The notes beneath the pieces were generated by a model. That model did no database searches and was not told the DNA's origin. It saw only the letters and a program-made list of their open reading frames with translations. This document shows, piece after piece, positions 1 through 10,276 of a DNA stretch of 64,000 nucleotides (within the stretch, counting starts at the first letter, position 1; every line of letters starts with the position of its first letter). Source of the stretch: Pseudomonadota bacterium (lineage in GTDB: Bacteria; Pseudomonadota; Alphaproteobacteria; Rhodobacterales; Rhodobacteraceae). The DNA lies in contig JBCBAP010000002.1 of assembly GCA_038532435.1 (NCBI GenBank), forward strand, positions 66,327 through 130,326. Direction: 5' to 3'. The translations under genes were made by a program, and so were the position numbers.

Positions 1-1581
1 TTCCTCGGCGGTGGTGGCGTGGACTACGCAACGCCCCAAAAACTCACCCTGAAATATGCAAATCGTCACGGTTTGATTGCCGGGGCAACCGGAACCGGAA
101 AGACGATCACGCTGCAAATCCTCGCCGAGGAGTTCTCCGCAGCGGGCGTGCCCGTGTTTCTCGCGGACGTGAAGGGCGACGTGTCCGGCCTCGCCAAACC
201 GGGGTCCGAGGGGCACAAGCTTCACGAAAAGTTGCTGGAGAGAGCAGGAGTTATCGGACTCTCGCCCTACGGGTATCAGGCGTTTCCGGTTGTGTTCTGG
301 GACATGTTCGGCGCCGCTGGCCATCCGGTGCGGACGACGGTGGCGGAGATGGGGCCGCTGCTCCTCGCCCGCCTGCTTGATCTGAGCGACGTACAGGAAG
401 GGGTTCTGAACATCGCCTTCCGGCTCGCGGACGAGGAGGGCCTCGCGCTGCTTGATCTGAAGGATCTGCGCGCGTTGCTGGTCTGGTTGGGCGAAAATGC
501 GGCAGAGCTGACCCTGCGCTATGGCAACATCTCCTCCGCGTCGGTGGGTGCGATTCAGCGCAGCCTCGTGATCCTAGAGAATCAGGGTGGTGAGGCGTTT
601 TTCGGGGAGCCTGCGCTCAAGCTGACCGACCTGCTTGGCCACGCCCCGGACGGACGGGGACAGATCAATGTGCTCGCAGCGGACAAGCTCATGGCATCCC
701 CGCAGCTTTACTCGACCTTCCTGCTGTGGCTTCTGTCGGAGCTTTTCGAGGAGTTGCCGGAGGTCGGCGATCCCGACAAGCCCAAGCTCGTCTTCTTCTT
801 CGACGAGGCGCACCTGCTCTTCGATGGGGCGCCCAAGGCGTTGGTTGACAAGGTGGAACAGGTCGCCCGGCTCATCCGGTCGAAAGGGGTCGGCGTCTAC
901 TTCGTGACACAGAACCCGGACGACGTGCCCGAGGATATTCTGGGGCAGCTTGGCAACCGGGTGCAGCACGCGCTGCGTGCCTACACGCCCCGGGATCAAA
1001 AGGCGCTCAAGGCCGCGGCGGAGACGTTCCGGCCCAATCCCCGGTTCGACACGGAAGAGGCGATCCGTGATGTCGGCGTCGGGGAGGCGGTTGTCTCCAC
1101 GCTTGAGGCAAAGGGCGTACCCAGCGTTGTTGAGCGGACGCTGATCCGCCCGCCCTCGTCCCAGATCGGCCCGATCACCGCGGACGAACGGGCGCAGGTC
1201 ATGGCGGTCTCTCCCCTCGCGGGCAAATACGAAACAGCCATCGACCGCCGCTCCGCCTACGAAATCCTCAAGGAACAGGCGGAGGCCGCTGCAGCGGCGG
1301 CGGAGAATGAGGCGCTTCCCGAGGATGAGGAGCCGGTGTGGCGACGGGGCGGTGCCGACCACGGCTATCAGGGCGAGGAGACGGCCCCAAGCTGGAAGAG
1401 CCGGGAGTACCGTTCCGCCCGGCGGTATTCCCCGACGACCTCCGTCAAACCCAAGCGCGCCAGCCGCAGCCGGGACTCTGTGGGCACCGCCTTCGCGAAG
1501 TCCCTCGCCCGTACTGCGGGGACCCAGCTCGGTCGTCAGATCACCCGGGGTATTCTGGGCGGGCTTTTCCGCGGACGGTAG
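1..1581 (+). CDS. DUF853/HerA-like P-loop NTPase (YjgR family); 5' end cut by window edge
   Basis: Frame 1 is open from nt 1 ([13 protein letters not shown]), continuous with listed ORF 19..1581. It has Walker A GATGTGKT, a Walker B-like [13 protein letters not shown], and the basic Arg/Ser-rich C-terminal tail typical of this family. Confidence 0.85.
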   Translation, partial: FLGGGGVDYATPQKLTLKYANRHGLIAGATGTGKTITLQILAEEFSAAGVPVFLADVKGDVSGLAKPGSEGHKLHEKLLERAGVIGLSPYGYQAFPVVFWDMFGAAGHPVRTTVAEMGPLLLARLLDLSDVQEGVLNIAFRLADEEGLALLDLKDLRALLVWLGENAAELTLRYGNISSASVGAIQRSLVILENQGGEAFFGEPALKLTDLLGHAPDGRGQINVLAADKLMASPQLYSTFLLWLLSELFEELPEVGDPDKPKLVFFFDEAHLLFDGAPKALVDKVEQVARLIRSKGVGVYFVTQNPDDVPEDILGQLGNRVQHALRAYTPRDQKALKAAAETFRPNPRFDTEEAIRDVGVGEAVVSTLEAKGVPSVVERTLIRPPSSQIGPITADERAQVMAVSPLAGKYETAIDRRSAYEILKEQAEAAAAAAENEALPEDEEPVWRRGGADHGYQGEETAPSWKSREYRSARRYSPTTSVKPKRASRSRDSVGTAFAKSLARTAGTQLGRQITRGILGGLFRGR

Positions 1582-1630
1582 CTCCTGATCCCTGCTGGGC
1601 CAGTTCCGGCAGGGCGAGCTTGAAGTGCGC

Positions 1631-2938
1631 CTAGGTGAGCCGGTTGATCTTCACTGCCGTCAGCCGGTTCCGCTCTCTCCCGGAAATCTCGAACCTGTAG
1701 CCGTGAAACCGAAACATCTGGCCGGTGGTGGGGATCGTTTGCGCCTCGTGGATCACGAGACCCGCAAGGGTGTTCGCCTCGTCATCAGGCAGGGACCAGT
1801 CGAGCGCGCGGTTCACGTCGCGGATGGTCATCGCGCCGTCCACCATCACCGATCCGTCGCCGAGGCGCTCGATCCCCTCAACCTCGACGTCATGCTCATC
1901 CGCGATGTCGCCAACGATCTCTTCGAGGATATCCTCCAGGGTGATGAGGCCCTGAAGCGCGCCGTATTCATCCACGACAAGGGCGAAGTGGCTGTGCCGC
2001 CGCAGGAAGGCGCGCATCTGATCGTCCAGCGATGTGGCGTCTGGCACGAACCAGGGCTCCATCGCCACGTCCATCACATCGAACGCCTCGAGGTTTGCAA
2101 GGCCCCCCTGAGTCCCCCGCACGAGGCTGTCCACCTTGCGCAGGAGGTCCTTTGCATGGATCACGCCGACGATGTTCTCCGGATCCTCCCGGAACACCGG
2201 GATGCGGGTGTAGGGGGAGCGCAGGGCGAAGGTGAGGATCTCTTCCGGTGGCCAGTCCGCGTCGATCATCTCGATATTGCGGCGGTGGCGCATGACCTCC
2301 TCCACTGTCCGCTGGCGCAGGTCGAGGGCGGCGAGCAGACGGTCCCGGTCGTCCTTTTCCACCGCCCCTTCGGAATGGTGAAGTGAGATTGCTTCGGCAA
2401 TCTCCTCATGGGCCATGATGTAGGCACCCGGATCAGTCGGCACGCCCACGGCCCGCAGGGTCATTCGCACGATGCCGCGGACCACGTTAACGACCGGTGC
2501 CAGCAGGCGCACCACGATGGCGATGGGCATGGAGACGAAGGCGGCCATCCCTTCCGGCTTGATGATTGCGTAGGTCTTCGGCAGCACCTCCGCAAAGATC
2601 AGCACGAGTGCTGTCATGACCAGCGTCGCCGCAGCGACACCGCCTTCGCCCAGCATCGCGGTGAACAGCGACGTGGCAAGCGATGTGGCGAGGATGTTGG
2701 CCAGGTTGTTACCGAGCAGGATCGACCCGATCAGCCGCTCGCTATCTTCCTTGAGCGTGAGCGCACCGGAGGCGCCGCGCGATCCCCGCTCCGCTGCGCC
2801 GTGTAGTTTCGCCCGGTTCGCCGCCGTGAGCGCGGTTTCGGATCCGGAGAAGAACGCGGACACGCACAGCAGGACGAAGATCGCAAGCGATGTGCCCCAC
2901 ATCCATGTTTCCCAGGTGAAGAGTGCCTCGGTCTCCAT
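1631..2938 (-). CDS. HlyC/CorC (TlyC) family transporter, DUF21-CBS-CorC_HlyC architecture
   Basis: 435-aa ORF. The N-terminal membrane region carries FFSGSETAL, followed by a CBS-pair-like middle and a C-terminal transporter-associated domain. Confidence 0.85.
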   Translation of the reverse strand: METEALFTWETWMWGTSLAIFVLLCVSAFFSGSETALTAANRAKLHGAAERGSRGASGALTLKEDSERLIGSILLGNNLANILATSLATSLFTAMLGEGGVAAATLVMTALVLIFAEVLPKTYAIIKPEGMAAFVSMPIAIVVRLLAPVVNVVRGIVRMTLRAVGVPTDPGAYIMAHEEIAEAISLHHSEGAVEKDDRDRLLAALDLRQRTVEEVMRHRRNIEMIDADWPPEEILTFALRSPYTRIPVFREDPENIVGVIHAKDLLRKVDSLVRGTQGGLANLEAFDVMDVAMEPWFVPDATSLDDQMRAFLRRHSHFALVVDEYGALQGLITLEDILEEIVGDIADEHDVEVEGIERLGDGSVMVDGAMTIRDVNRALDWSLPDDEANTLAGLVIHEAQTIPTTGQMFRFHGYRFEISGRERNRLTAVKINRLT

Positions 2939-3014
2939 AACCGCATCGTTCCTTGTAAAGATCCGTCTCGGACTTCACTTATGGCGTGCGGCAGCGATCT
3001 GGCAAGGAGGCGAG

Positions 3015-3815
3015 ATGGAGCGCATCGCAGATTGGGGTGATCTGACCGGTCCTCTGGTGGTCTATGGCGGGGTTTACTCCAACCTTCAGGCGTTCGAGGC
3101 GCTGGTGACGGCGTCAGGCGATGTGCCTCCCGGAAATACCATCTGCACCGGTGACATCGTCGCTTACTGCGCCGACGCGGCAACGAGCGTGGCCGCGGTA
3201 CGCCGCTCGGGCCACCGGGTGATCGCGGGCAATTGCGAAACGCAGCTTGCGGCCAATGCACTCGATTGCGGCTGCGGGTTCGAGGAGGGGTCGACCTGTG
3301 ACCGCCTCTCTGCCGCCTGGTACGCCCATGCGAACGCGGAGATCGGGGCAGGGGACCGGGCCTGGATGATGGACCTGCCGGACTGGGCGGTGTTCACCCA
3401 CGCAGGGCGGCGGGTGCTCGCGCTTCACGCGGCACCGTCGGCGAACAACCGGTTCGTCTGGCCCGTGACGGAAGATGAGGATCTGCGACGGGAAGTCGGG
3501 ATTGCAGTGGCAGCGGTCGGCTCCGTCGATCTGGTGCTGTCGGGCCATTCCGGAATTCCCTTCGACCGGGATCTAGGGGGAACGCGCTGGGTGAACGCAG
3601 GCGTGATCGGCATGCCACCCCACGATGGCCGGGCGCAGACCCGCTATGTCCGGATCGAGGCGGACGGGGTGGTGACACTTGAACGTCTCGCCTATGACCC
3701 TGCCGCGACCGTCCGCGCGATGGAGCGTGCAGGTCTGACCCAAGGCTACCATCGCACGCTCACATCCGGCATCTGGCCGAGCGAAGACGTCCTTCCCGAC
3801 GCGCTGCGCCGCTGA
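3015..3815 (+). CDS. Metallophosphoesterase family protein
   Basis: In-frame ATG at 3015 is preceded by AGGAGG (3006-3011). Motifs seen: GDIVAYCAD, AGNCE, LSGHSG. Listed ORF 2616..3815 has an Ala/Ser/Pro-rich extension antisense to the CorC gene, which I reject. Confidence 0.75.
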   Translation: MERIADWGDLTGPLVVYGGVYSNLQAFEALVTASGDVPPGNTICTGDIVAYCADAATSVAAVRRSGHRVIAGNCETQLAANALDCGCGFEEGSTCDRLSAAWYAHANAEIGAGDRAWMMDLPDWAVFTHAGRRVLALHAAPSANNRFVWPVTEDEDLRREVGIAVAAVGSVDLVLSGHSGIPFDRDLGGTRWVNAGVIGMPPHDGRAQTRYVRIEADGVVTLERLAYDPAATVRAMERAGLTQGYHRTLTSGIWPSEDVLPDALRR

Positions 3816-3820
3816 CAAGC

Positions 3821-4735
3821 CTAGCGGTCCGCGAGCGGGTGGGAGGTCAGGACAAGCTCCTTCAGACGATCCTCGAGCACGTGGGTGTAGATCTCCGTCG
3901 TCGAAATGTCCGAGTGCCCCAGCAGCATCTGGATCACCCGCAGGTCTGCACCGTTCGCGAGGAGGTGCGTGGCGAAGGCGTGGCGCAGCGCGTGGGGAGA
4001 GATCGCCGCGGGTGACAGTCCTGCCTCGACCGCAATCTCCTTGATCAGGGTGAAAAACCGCACCCGGGTCATGTGGCCCTGCTTTGCCCGGCTCGGAAAC
4101 AGGAACTTCGAGGGCTGCCCGGTCGCCTCCTCGGTCGCATCACGTTCCTGCAGCCATGCGCGAAGTGCTGTCTGTGCATCGGGGGAAAGCGGGACCATGC
4201 GGTCCTTCCCCCCCTTGCCGCGGACGAGGATCATCTGCGGATCGCCTCGAACGGCGGCAACGGGAAGCGAGACCAGTTCAGTGACCCGCAGACCGGTGGC
4301 ATAGAGGAGCTCGAGCAGGCAGGTGTTGCGCAGCCGGTCCGCCGGCCTACGCCCCGTGCGGCGTGCGGCGTCAAGCAGCCGGTCGACATCTCCCTCGCTG
4401 ATCGTCTTGGGCAAATGTCGGGCGCGTCCGGGCCCCTTGATCTGGGCCGCCGGATCGTCGGTCCGCCACCCCTCGAGAAAGGCGAAGCGGTGGAACTGTC
4501 GGATCGCGGACAGGCGTCGCGCGCGGGTGGCCCGCGCCAGACCCTCCGCCTCCAGCCCCGCGAGAAAGGCTTCAATGTCCGCGCGCTTAGCAGAGAGCGC
4601 CGTGCGCCCCTCATGTTCCAGATGCTCCACGTAGAGCGTCAGATCTCGCGCATAGGCCGCGATCGTGTTGGCAGAAGCGTCCTGTTCCGCCCGGATGGCT
4701 GTGAGAAAGGCCTCGATCTTGCGCGCATCGCTCAT
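3821..4735 (-). CDS. xerD: Site-specific tyrosine recombinase XerD
   Basis: 304 aa. It has an N-terminal SAM-like core-binding domain and a C-terminal catalytic region with HALRHAFATHLL and LLGHSDISTTEIYTHV (R-H-R-Y family). Confidence 0.9.
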   Translation of the reverse strand: MSDARKIEAFLTAIRAEQDASANTIAAYARDLTLYVEHLEHEGRTALSAKRADIEAFLAGLEAEGLARATRARRLSAIRQFHRFAFLEGWRTDDPAAQIKGPGRARHLPKTISEGDVDRLLDAARRTGRRPADRLRNTCLLELLYATGLRVTELVSLPVAAVRGDPQMILVRGKGGKDRMVPLSPDAQTALRAWLQERDATEEATGQPSKFLFPSRAKQGHMTRVRFFTLIKEIAVEAGLSPAAISPHALRHAFATHLLANGADLRVIQMLLGHSDISTTEIYTHVLEDRLKELVLTSHPLADR

Positions 4736-6258
4736 GGCTGGCCGAACAGGGTTTCGACCGCGATCTGCCGGGCGACCCGCCCCTGTCCCGCCGCGTCGAG
4801 CGCGGAGAGCGCGCTGCGGAAGTCCGCGGGCTCGACGGCGGCGCCCGCGTCCAGAATGCGCAGAGCTGCGAGGATCGCCTCGCCCTCCCGCCCGCCTTCG
4901 GTCAGCAGCCGCAGGGGATCGTCCGCCTCCGCCCCGTCGCGAAACGCGCGCAGCGCAGCGTCTGCCCTGACCTCGCCATCACCGGCGGCAGCGGGCAACG
5001 GATCGGTGAAATCGCTGCCCCGGGCAAGCGCGAGGGCGGCACGGTGGAGCCACTGTGCCTCGCCAGGTAGCCAAGCGCCTGCTGCAATCGACTTGCCATC
5101 GAGAAGCAGCAGCTCTGCCACCCGTCCGGACGGGCGGGGGCGCTGTTTGATCAGCGTACCGGCATACATGCGTGCGAGCGCGGGGCGCAGCCCCTGGGGC
5201 GAAAGCGCGGTGTCAGCCGCCGCAAGCGCCTCCTCCCATTCCTCGCCATCGAGTGCTGCGTCGAGATCCTGGATCGCGCCCGCACGGCCCCAGACACCGC
5301 CGGACGCCGCAGGCGGACGCGCCCGATAGGCCGCTTGCAGGATCCGCGGGGGTGTCGTGGACTGGCGGACAAGCCGCTCGGCCACTTCAATCCTGTCGCG
5401 CACGGTCGCGGTATCCGACAGGTCCCAATGCAGGAACGCAAGGGGCAGAGGCTCCGCCGGGCGGGGCTGGCCGATCGCCTCGCGCACGACAAAGTCGAGC
5501 GGGGTCAGCGGCGATGGCGCGTCGAGTTCCTCATCTGTCGCGAAGAGTTCCGGATCGAGGAACCACGACATGTGCGTCGCCCGCAGCGGGTCGATCGCCT
5601 CGATCCGCTCCCCCACAGAGAGGGTGAAGGCAGCCGAACGCCAGTCGCCCCGCCGCACGGTGCAAAAGACCTGCGCCTGAATGCTGGGCGCAAACTCCGG
5701 GAAGGCCGCGATACGATCGCACGCCCTTTCCGTGTCGCCCGCCAGAAGGCTCGCATCGAACATCCGGCGGAACACATCGCGGCTCGGGTCGCCGATGAGC
5801 GCCATGAGCGCGCGCGCCTCCTCCAGCGCGCCGAGCATGAGCAGCATATCGATCCGTGAGAGCAACAGGTTCGATTGCTGGGATCCGCCGGCGGGTGGCG
5901 CGGTGCGCGCCAGCAGAAGCCGGGCGTAGAGCGCGCGCGCCGCGGGCACACCCGTGCCCTTGACCTGCCGCATCAGGCTCCGGATGCGCAGCCCGCTCGA
6001 CCGGCCCCAGACCTGCTTGGAGAATCCGGTGTTGGCACTCGGCAGCAACCCTATCCCGTCGAAGGAAAGGGGTGGCAAGCTTTCCTGCGTGACCTTTCCA
6101 CCGGTACTGCCCGGGGTGACGGACGGCGTCGCCCGCCCCGGATCGGCAAGCACATCAGACAGCCAGTCGATGGCGCTCAGGGGCGCATCCTGCGCCGCGG
6201 CATGTCCCGCTGTCAGCGACAGAAGAACCGCGGCAGCGATCTTACGAACCGAGATCAA
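4732..6258 (-). CDS. Secreted hypothetical protein; stop overlaps the xerD start
   Basis: Listed ORF is 4732..6315. SD GAGGAGG lies 9 nt upstream of an in-frame TTG at 6258, giving a canonical Sec signal (ISVRKIAAAVLLSLTAGHAAA/QD). The ATG-6315 extension is Arg/Pro-rich and overlaps a better small ORF. The 3' end forms an ATGA overlap with xerD. No family recognised. Confidence 0.6.
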   Translation of the reverse strand: MISVRKIAAAVLLSLTAGHAAAQDAPLSAIDWLSDVLADPGRATPSVTPGSTGGKVTQESLPPLSFDGIGLLPSANTGFSKQVWGRSSGLRIRSLMRQVKGTGVPAARALYARLLLARTAPPAGGSQQSNLLLSRIDMLLMLGALEEARALMALIGDPSRDVFRRMFDASLLAGDTERACDRIAAFPEFAPSIQAQVFCTVRRGDWRSAAFTLSVGERIEAIDPLRATHMSWFLDPELFATDEELDAPSPLTPLDFVVREAIGQPRPAEPLPLAFLHWDLSDTATVRDRIEVAERLVRQSTTPPRILQAAYRARPPAASGGVWGRAGAIQDLDAALDGEEWEEALAAADTALSPQGLRPALARMYAGTLIKQRPRPSGRVAELLLLDGKSIAAGAWLPGEAQWLHRAALALARGSDFTDPLPAAAGDGEVRADAALRAFRDGAEADDPLRLLTEGGREGEAILAALRILDAGAAVEPADFRSALSALDAAGQGRVARQIAVETLFGQP

Positions 6259-6379
6259 GGGGTACGACCTCCTCGACCGTCGAGCGCGGCGCGGGCAGAT
6301 CGGCAAACATGGCATAGACCGCGAAGCCAGCCACGGCGATCAGCAGCAACACGATCAAATAGAGCAGCACACGTCCCAT
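6242..6379 (-). CDS. Candidate 45-aa single-pass membrane micro-protein (below ORF-track cutoff)
   Basis: Hand translation gives MGRVLLYLIVLLLIAVAGFAVYAMFADLPAPRSTVEEVVPLDLGS*. There is one strong hydrophobic helix, AAGGA lies 9 nt upstream of the ATG, and the 3' end overlaps the TTG start of the next gene by 17 nt. Confidence 0.4.
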   Translation of the reverse strand: MGRVLLYLIVLLLIAVAGFAVYAMFADLPAPRSTVEEVVPLDLGS

Positions 6380-6509
6380 GCGCCTGTGTCCTTTGCCTCA
6401 TGCGCACGTCATCGCGTTGCGCTATTTTTTTCAGATGTTATCACTCAAAACCGAGGCAGGTCCACCGTAAGCCACAGGGGCGCGGGGCGGCGCCTCGTCC
6501 GACTCCGTT

Positions 6510-7112
6510 TTGCCATCAAGGTGTTGCACCCGCGTGACCGACCCAGCCACCACCGCAAGCCTGAAACGGCCGATCATCCTGATCGGACTCATGGGGGCCG
6601 GAAAGACCAGCGTCGGCCGGAGGCTCGCAAGCCGTATCGGGGCACAGTTCGTGGACTCCGATGCGGAGATCGAGGCGGCGGCGGGCATGAGCATTCCGGA
6701 AATCTTTCAGGTCCACGGGGAGCCGCACTTCCGTGCCGGGGAGCGCAAGGTGATCTCCCGCCTGCTCGATGGTCCGCCCCGTGTGGTGGCGACCGGCGGC
6801 GGGGCCTTCATGGCGCCGGAGACGCGGGAAGCGGCGCTGCAGGTGGGCACCGTCGTTTGGCTCGATGCAGACCTCGACACGCTCTTTGCCCGGGTGTCGC
6901 GGAAACCCGGGCGCCCGCTTCTCGCGCAGGACGACCCGAAGGCGGTGCTCGCTGCTCTCATGGATGATCGCTATCCCATCTATGCGCGGGCCCATGTGCG
7001 GGTGAGGTCCACACCGCAGGCAAGCCATGATGAGATGGCGGCAGCCATCCTTGAGGCCGTTGCGGCGTTCGACGTCACCCGCGCGGCGGCCGACCGCACC
7101 TTCCAGTCCTGA
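6510..7112 (+). CDS. aroK: Shikimate kinase
   Basis: P-loop LIGLMGAGKTSVG, plus DSD and GGG motifs, directly upstream of aroB. The start is uncertain: TTG at 6510 or in-frame GTG at 6534. Confidence 0.9.
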   Translation: MPSRCCTRVTDPATTASLKRPIILIGLMGAGKTSVGRRLASRIGAQFVDSDAEIEAAAGMSIPEIFQVHGEPHFRAGERKVISRLLDGPPRVVATGGGAFMAPETREAALQVGTVVWLDADLDTLFARVSRKPGRPLLAQDDPKAVLAALMDDRYPIYARAHVRVRSTPQASHDEMAAAILEAVAAFDVTRAAADRTFQS

Positions 7113-7122
7113 AAGGCTGACC

Positions 7123-8241
7123 ATGACAGAGACCCGGCTCACCGTGCCAATTGGCGAGCGCAGCTATGACATCCTGATCGGGCCGGGTCTGATCCGCCGG
7201 GCGGGTTCAGAGATTGCACCGCTGCTGCGCCGCCCCCGCGTCGCGGTCATCACCGACGAGACGGTCGCGGCCCTGCATCTCGACACCCTGCGTGACGGTC
7301 TGGCAGAGGCGGGGATCGCCATGAGTGCCCTCTCCCTTCCCGCGGGAGAGAAGACGAAAGGATGGCAGGGCATCGAACGCGCGGTCGAGTGGCTGATCGC
7401 GGAACAGGTTGAGCGGGACGACATCGTGGTCGCCTTCGGCGGCGGCGTGATCGGGGATCTCGCCGGGTTTGCCGCGGCGATCCTCCGCCGGGGGGTTGCT
7501 TTCGTGCAGATCCCGACCACCCTGCTCGCCCAGGTGGACAGCTCCGTTGGTGGGAAGACCGGCATCAACTCACCCCAGGGCAAGAATCTGGTTGGTGCGT
7601 TCCACCAGCCGCTCCGCGTGCTCGCCGACGTGGATGTGCTGGGCACCCTTGACCAGCGCGACTTTCTCGCGGGCTACGGAGAGGTGGTCAAATACGGTCT
7701 GCTCGGCGATTTCGACTTTTTCGAATGGCTCGAAGGGCAGGGCCCAGCTATCGCCGCCGGAGATCAGGCCGCGCGGATCGAGGCGGTTCGCCGGTCCTGC
7801 CAGATGAAGGCCGATATCGTCGCGCGTGACGAGACGGAGCGGGGCGACCGTGCCTTGCTCAATCTCGGCCACACGTTCGGCCACGCGCTTGAGGCCGCAA
7901 CCGAATACTCGGACCGGCTGCTCCATGGGGAGGGGGTGGCCATCGGGTGCGCGCTCGCCTTCGAAACCTCCCAACGGCTCGGGCTGTGCGCGCAGGAGGC
8001 TCCGTCGCGGGTCCGTGCGCATCTCAGCCGTATGGGTATGAAGACGACCCTGCGCGACATTCCCGGGGATCTGCCCGGGGCGGAGACGCTCATCGCGCTG
8101 ATGGGACAGGACAAGAAAGTCCGCGACGGGCAGATCGCGTTCATTCTCGCCCGCGGTATCGGGGAGGTGTTCGTGACCCGTGATGTGGATCCCGCCATCG
8201 TGCGCCAAGTGCTCGAAGATGCGCTTGCGGAGCGCGGCTAG
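7123..8241 (+). CDS. aroB: 3-dehydroquinate synthase
   Basis: In-frame ATG at 7123 (MTETRLTVPIGERSYDI) after trimming the 32-codon extension that overlaps aroK. Motifs seen: GGGVIGDLAGFAA, VDSSVGGKTGIN, HTFGHALE. Confidence 0.92.
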   Translation: MTETRLTVPIGERSYDILIGPGLIRRAGSEIAPLLRRPRVAVITDETVAALHLDTLRDGLAEAGIAMSALSLPAGEKTKGWQGIERAVEWLIAEQVERDDIVVAFGGGVIGDLAGFAAAILRRGVAFVQIPTTLLAQVDSSVGGKTGINSPQGKNLVGAFHQPLRVLADVDVLGTLDQRDFLAGYGEVVKYGLLGDFDFFEWLEGQGPAIAAGDQAARIEAVRRSCQMKADIVARDETERGDRALLNLGHTFGHALEAATEYSDRLLHGEGVAIGCALAFETSQRLGLCAQEAPSRVRAHLSRMGMKTTLRDIPGDLPGAETLIALMGQDKKVRDGQIAFILARGIGEVFVTRDVDPAIVRQVLEDALAERG

Positions 8242-8250
8242 CCGCCGAAT

Positions 8251-9459
8251 CTACCGCGCGCCAAGTCCCAGATGCATCGCCGCCTGTTTGAGCGGCCCGA
8301 TCCCGGACAGTGCACGAAGCCCGATCCGACGAAGGTCCCGCAGCGGCTGAGCCTCGGTCATCGCCGCGCGGTTGAGCAGGTCCACGCCAGTAATACGCAG
8401 GGCCACATCCGGCCGTCGCGCGCGGGCGTAGCGGGCGAGCAGGTCGGACGTTCCGATATCCTTGCCCGCGCTTCGCGCAGTCGTCACCAGATCGAGCAGG
8501 GTTTCGATATCCGCAAGGCTCATGTTGAGACCCTGTGCGCCAATGGGCGGCATCACGTGGGCGGCCTCGGCAATGAGCGCCGTGCGCGGACCGGAAAGCC
8601 GGGAAGCGGTCTGGCTGATGATGGGCCAGATCCTGCGAGGGGATGCGGGCGTGAGCCGCCCGAGAACGCCGCAGGCCCGCGCGTTCAGCGCCTCGGTAAA
8701 TGCCTCATCCGGCATCGCATAGAGTTCGGCGGCCCGCGCCCCGGTCTCTATCCACACCACCGCGGAACGGTTCTGCGTGCCCTCTGGACGGAGGGGCACG
8801 AGTGTGAAGGGGCCGCCGGTGCGGTGGATCTCCGTTGAGATATCCTCGTGGGGCAGATCGTGGTTTACCGCGAACACGAGTGCCTTCTGCCCGTATCGGG
8901 TCGTGCGAGCCCCGATGCCCAGCGCCTCACGAACGAAGGAGTTTCGCCCGTCGGCGCCAATCACAAGCTCAGCTGCTACGCTAGTTCCGTCGGTCAGCGT
9001 GACGCGGGCATGGTCCGATCGCACGAGCAGGTCGCTGACGCCAACGCCTGTACGCAACTCCGCAAGCGGCAGTTTGGCGATGAACCCGGTCATCTCCCGT
9101 CGGAGGAGCCAGTTTGGAAGGTTGTAGCCGAACACCTCCTGCCCGATCTCGCGCGCGGTGAAGTCCGCAACCTCCCGGATGCCATTCTCTTCGCCGCCCG
9201 CATCCGCGAGGCGCATAACGCGCAACGGGGCGGCAAAGGGGGCGAGGGCCGACCACAAGCCTACCCGCTCCATCAGGGTGATCGAAGGCATGAGGAACGC
9301 GGTGCTGCGCAGGTCGGACCCGTCCGCTGCCGCCTCTGTCACCGGTGGTACCGGGTCGACGCACAAAACCGTCAGGCCCTCGGCCGCAAGGGCAATGGTC
9401 GCCATCAGGCCGGCGACACCTCCGCCAGCGATGACCACATCTGTCTGGATCCGCTCCAT
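8251..9459 (-). CDS. UbiH/UbiF/VisC/COQ6-family FAD-dependent hydroxylase
   Basis: N-terminal DVVIAGGGVAGLMATIAL dinucleotide fold, about 400 aa, with a C-terminal GDAAH-like EAAHVMPPIGAQGLN motif. Confidence 0.8.
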   Translation of the reverse strand: MERIQTDVVIAGGGVAGLMATIALAAEGLTVLCVDPVPPVTEAAADGSDLRSTAFLMPSITLMERVGLWSALAPFAAPLRVMRLADAGGEENGIREVADFTAREIGQEVFGYNLPNWLLRREMTGFIAKLPLAELRTGVGVSDLLVRSDHARVTLTDGTSVAAELVIGADGRNSFVREALGIGARTTRYGQKALVFAVNHDLPHEDISTEIHRTGGPFTLVPLRPEGTQNRSAVVWIETGARAAELYAMPDEAFTEALNARACGVLGRLTPASPRRIWPIISQTASRLSGPRTALIAEAAHVMPPIGAQGLNMSLADIETLLDLVTTARSAGKDIGTSDLLARYARARRPDVALRITGVDLLNRAAMTEAQPLRDLRRIGLRALSGIGPLKQAAMHLGLGAR

Positions 9460-9463
9460 AAGT

Positions 9464-9489
9464 AAAAAGATAGGCCGCAGCCCCCGGCC
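9464..9489 (-). terminator. Weak hairpin plus T-run after the nucleotidase gene
   Basis: The minus strand reads GGCCG-ggggctg-CGGCC-tatcttttt, 12 nt after the stop at 9502. Confidence 0.35.
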
Positions 9490-9501
9490 CGGGAAGGGCG
9501 A

Positions 9502-10143
9502 TCAGACGAGCTGCGTCAGAAAGCCCTTGAGGTTGTCTGTGCGGAATTCGATGTGGGGGGCGACATGATCTCCGTCGACCAGGACCGTTCGCATCCCCCG
9601 CGCATGCGGAACCCGCAGGTTGTGCGGATCGTCCTCGAACATCGCGGCGTTCGCTCCATTGATCCGCGCCTTTGAAAACACGTGGTCGAACGCCTGCCTT
9701 TCCGGCTTGGGGGTGTAAAGCGCATCTTCGGTACCGTAGAGCGCCTCGAATACCCCCTTCAGGCCGCATGCTTCTGTCACCCGCCGCGCATGCTCCCGGG
9801 TGCCGTTGGTGAAGACGATCTTGCGTCCGGGCAGCGCGCGGATCGCCTCCCGCAAGTCCGGATCGGGACGGAGAGCGCTCAGATCGAGGTCGTGGACCTC
9901 GCGCAGGAACGGTTCAGGGTCGATCCCGTGGTTGCGCACGAGCCCGGCCACGGTCGCCCCGTGATCGCGGAAATAGCTTCGCTGCATTTCGCTGGCCGTC
10001 GGTTCGTCGACGTCGAGCTCCCGCTGGATGTAGCCGACGATCAGCTGATCCATCTGGCCGAACACGTCCGCGTCCCGCGAATAGAGCGTGTTGTCGAGGT
10101 CGAAGACCCATTCGTTTACATGGGAGAAGTGATCGTAGGGCAT
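9502..10143 (-). CDS. HAD-superfamily pyrimidine 5'-nucleotidase
   Basis: 213 aa with the DxDxT motif VFDLDNTLY, a TNG motif (IVFTNGT) and a C-terminal FEDD. Confidence 0.8.
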   Translation of the reverse strand: MPYDHFSHVNEWVFDLDNTLYSRDADVFGQMDQLIVGYIQRELDVDEPTASEMQRSYFRDHGATVAGLVRNHGIDPEPFLREVHDLDLSALRPDPDLREAIRALPGRKIVFTNGTREHARRVTEACGLKGVFEALYGTEDALYTPKPERQAFDHVFSKARINGANAAMFEDDPHNLRVPHARGMRTVLVDGDHVAPHIEFRTDNLKGFLTQLV

Positions 10144-10276
10144 GAAATCTCACCGGAACTGGTCCCTGCTACTTAAGTCGAACCGACTGTCATCGCCAGG
10201 GGATTCGCCGAGCCGTGAAGTCCGCGTGACCGGTCTGCTTGACTCCGATGGTACCCCGGTTGCACATTTCAGCACC

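Noticed and set aside
3821-4735. xerD as a marker of a mobile element
   Set aside because: The sequence is typical of chromosomal XerD, and the flanking genes are housekeeping (aroK/aroB). No att-like repeats were seen.
4073-6967. Plus-strand ORFs 4073..5329 (418 aa), 5875..6537 and 5954..6967 (337 aa)
   Set aside because: They overlap xerD, the secreted protein gene and aroK in wrong frames or on the wrong strand. They are Arg/Pro/Ser/Ala-rich with no motifs.
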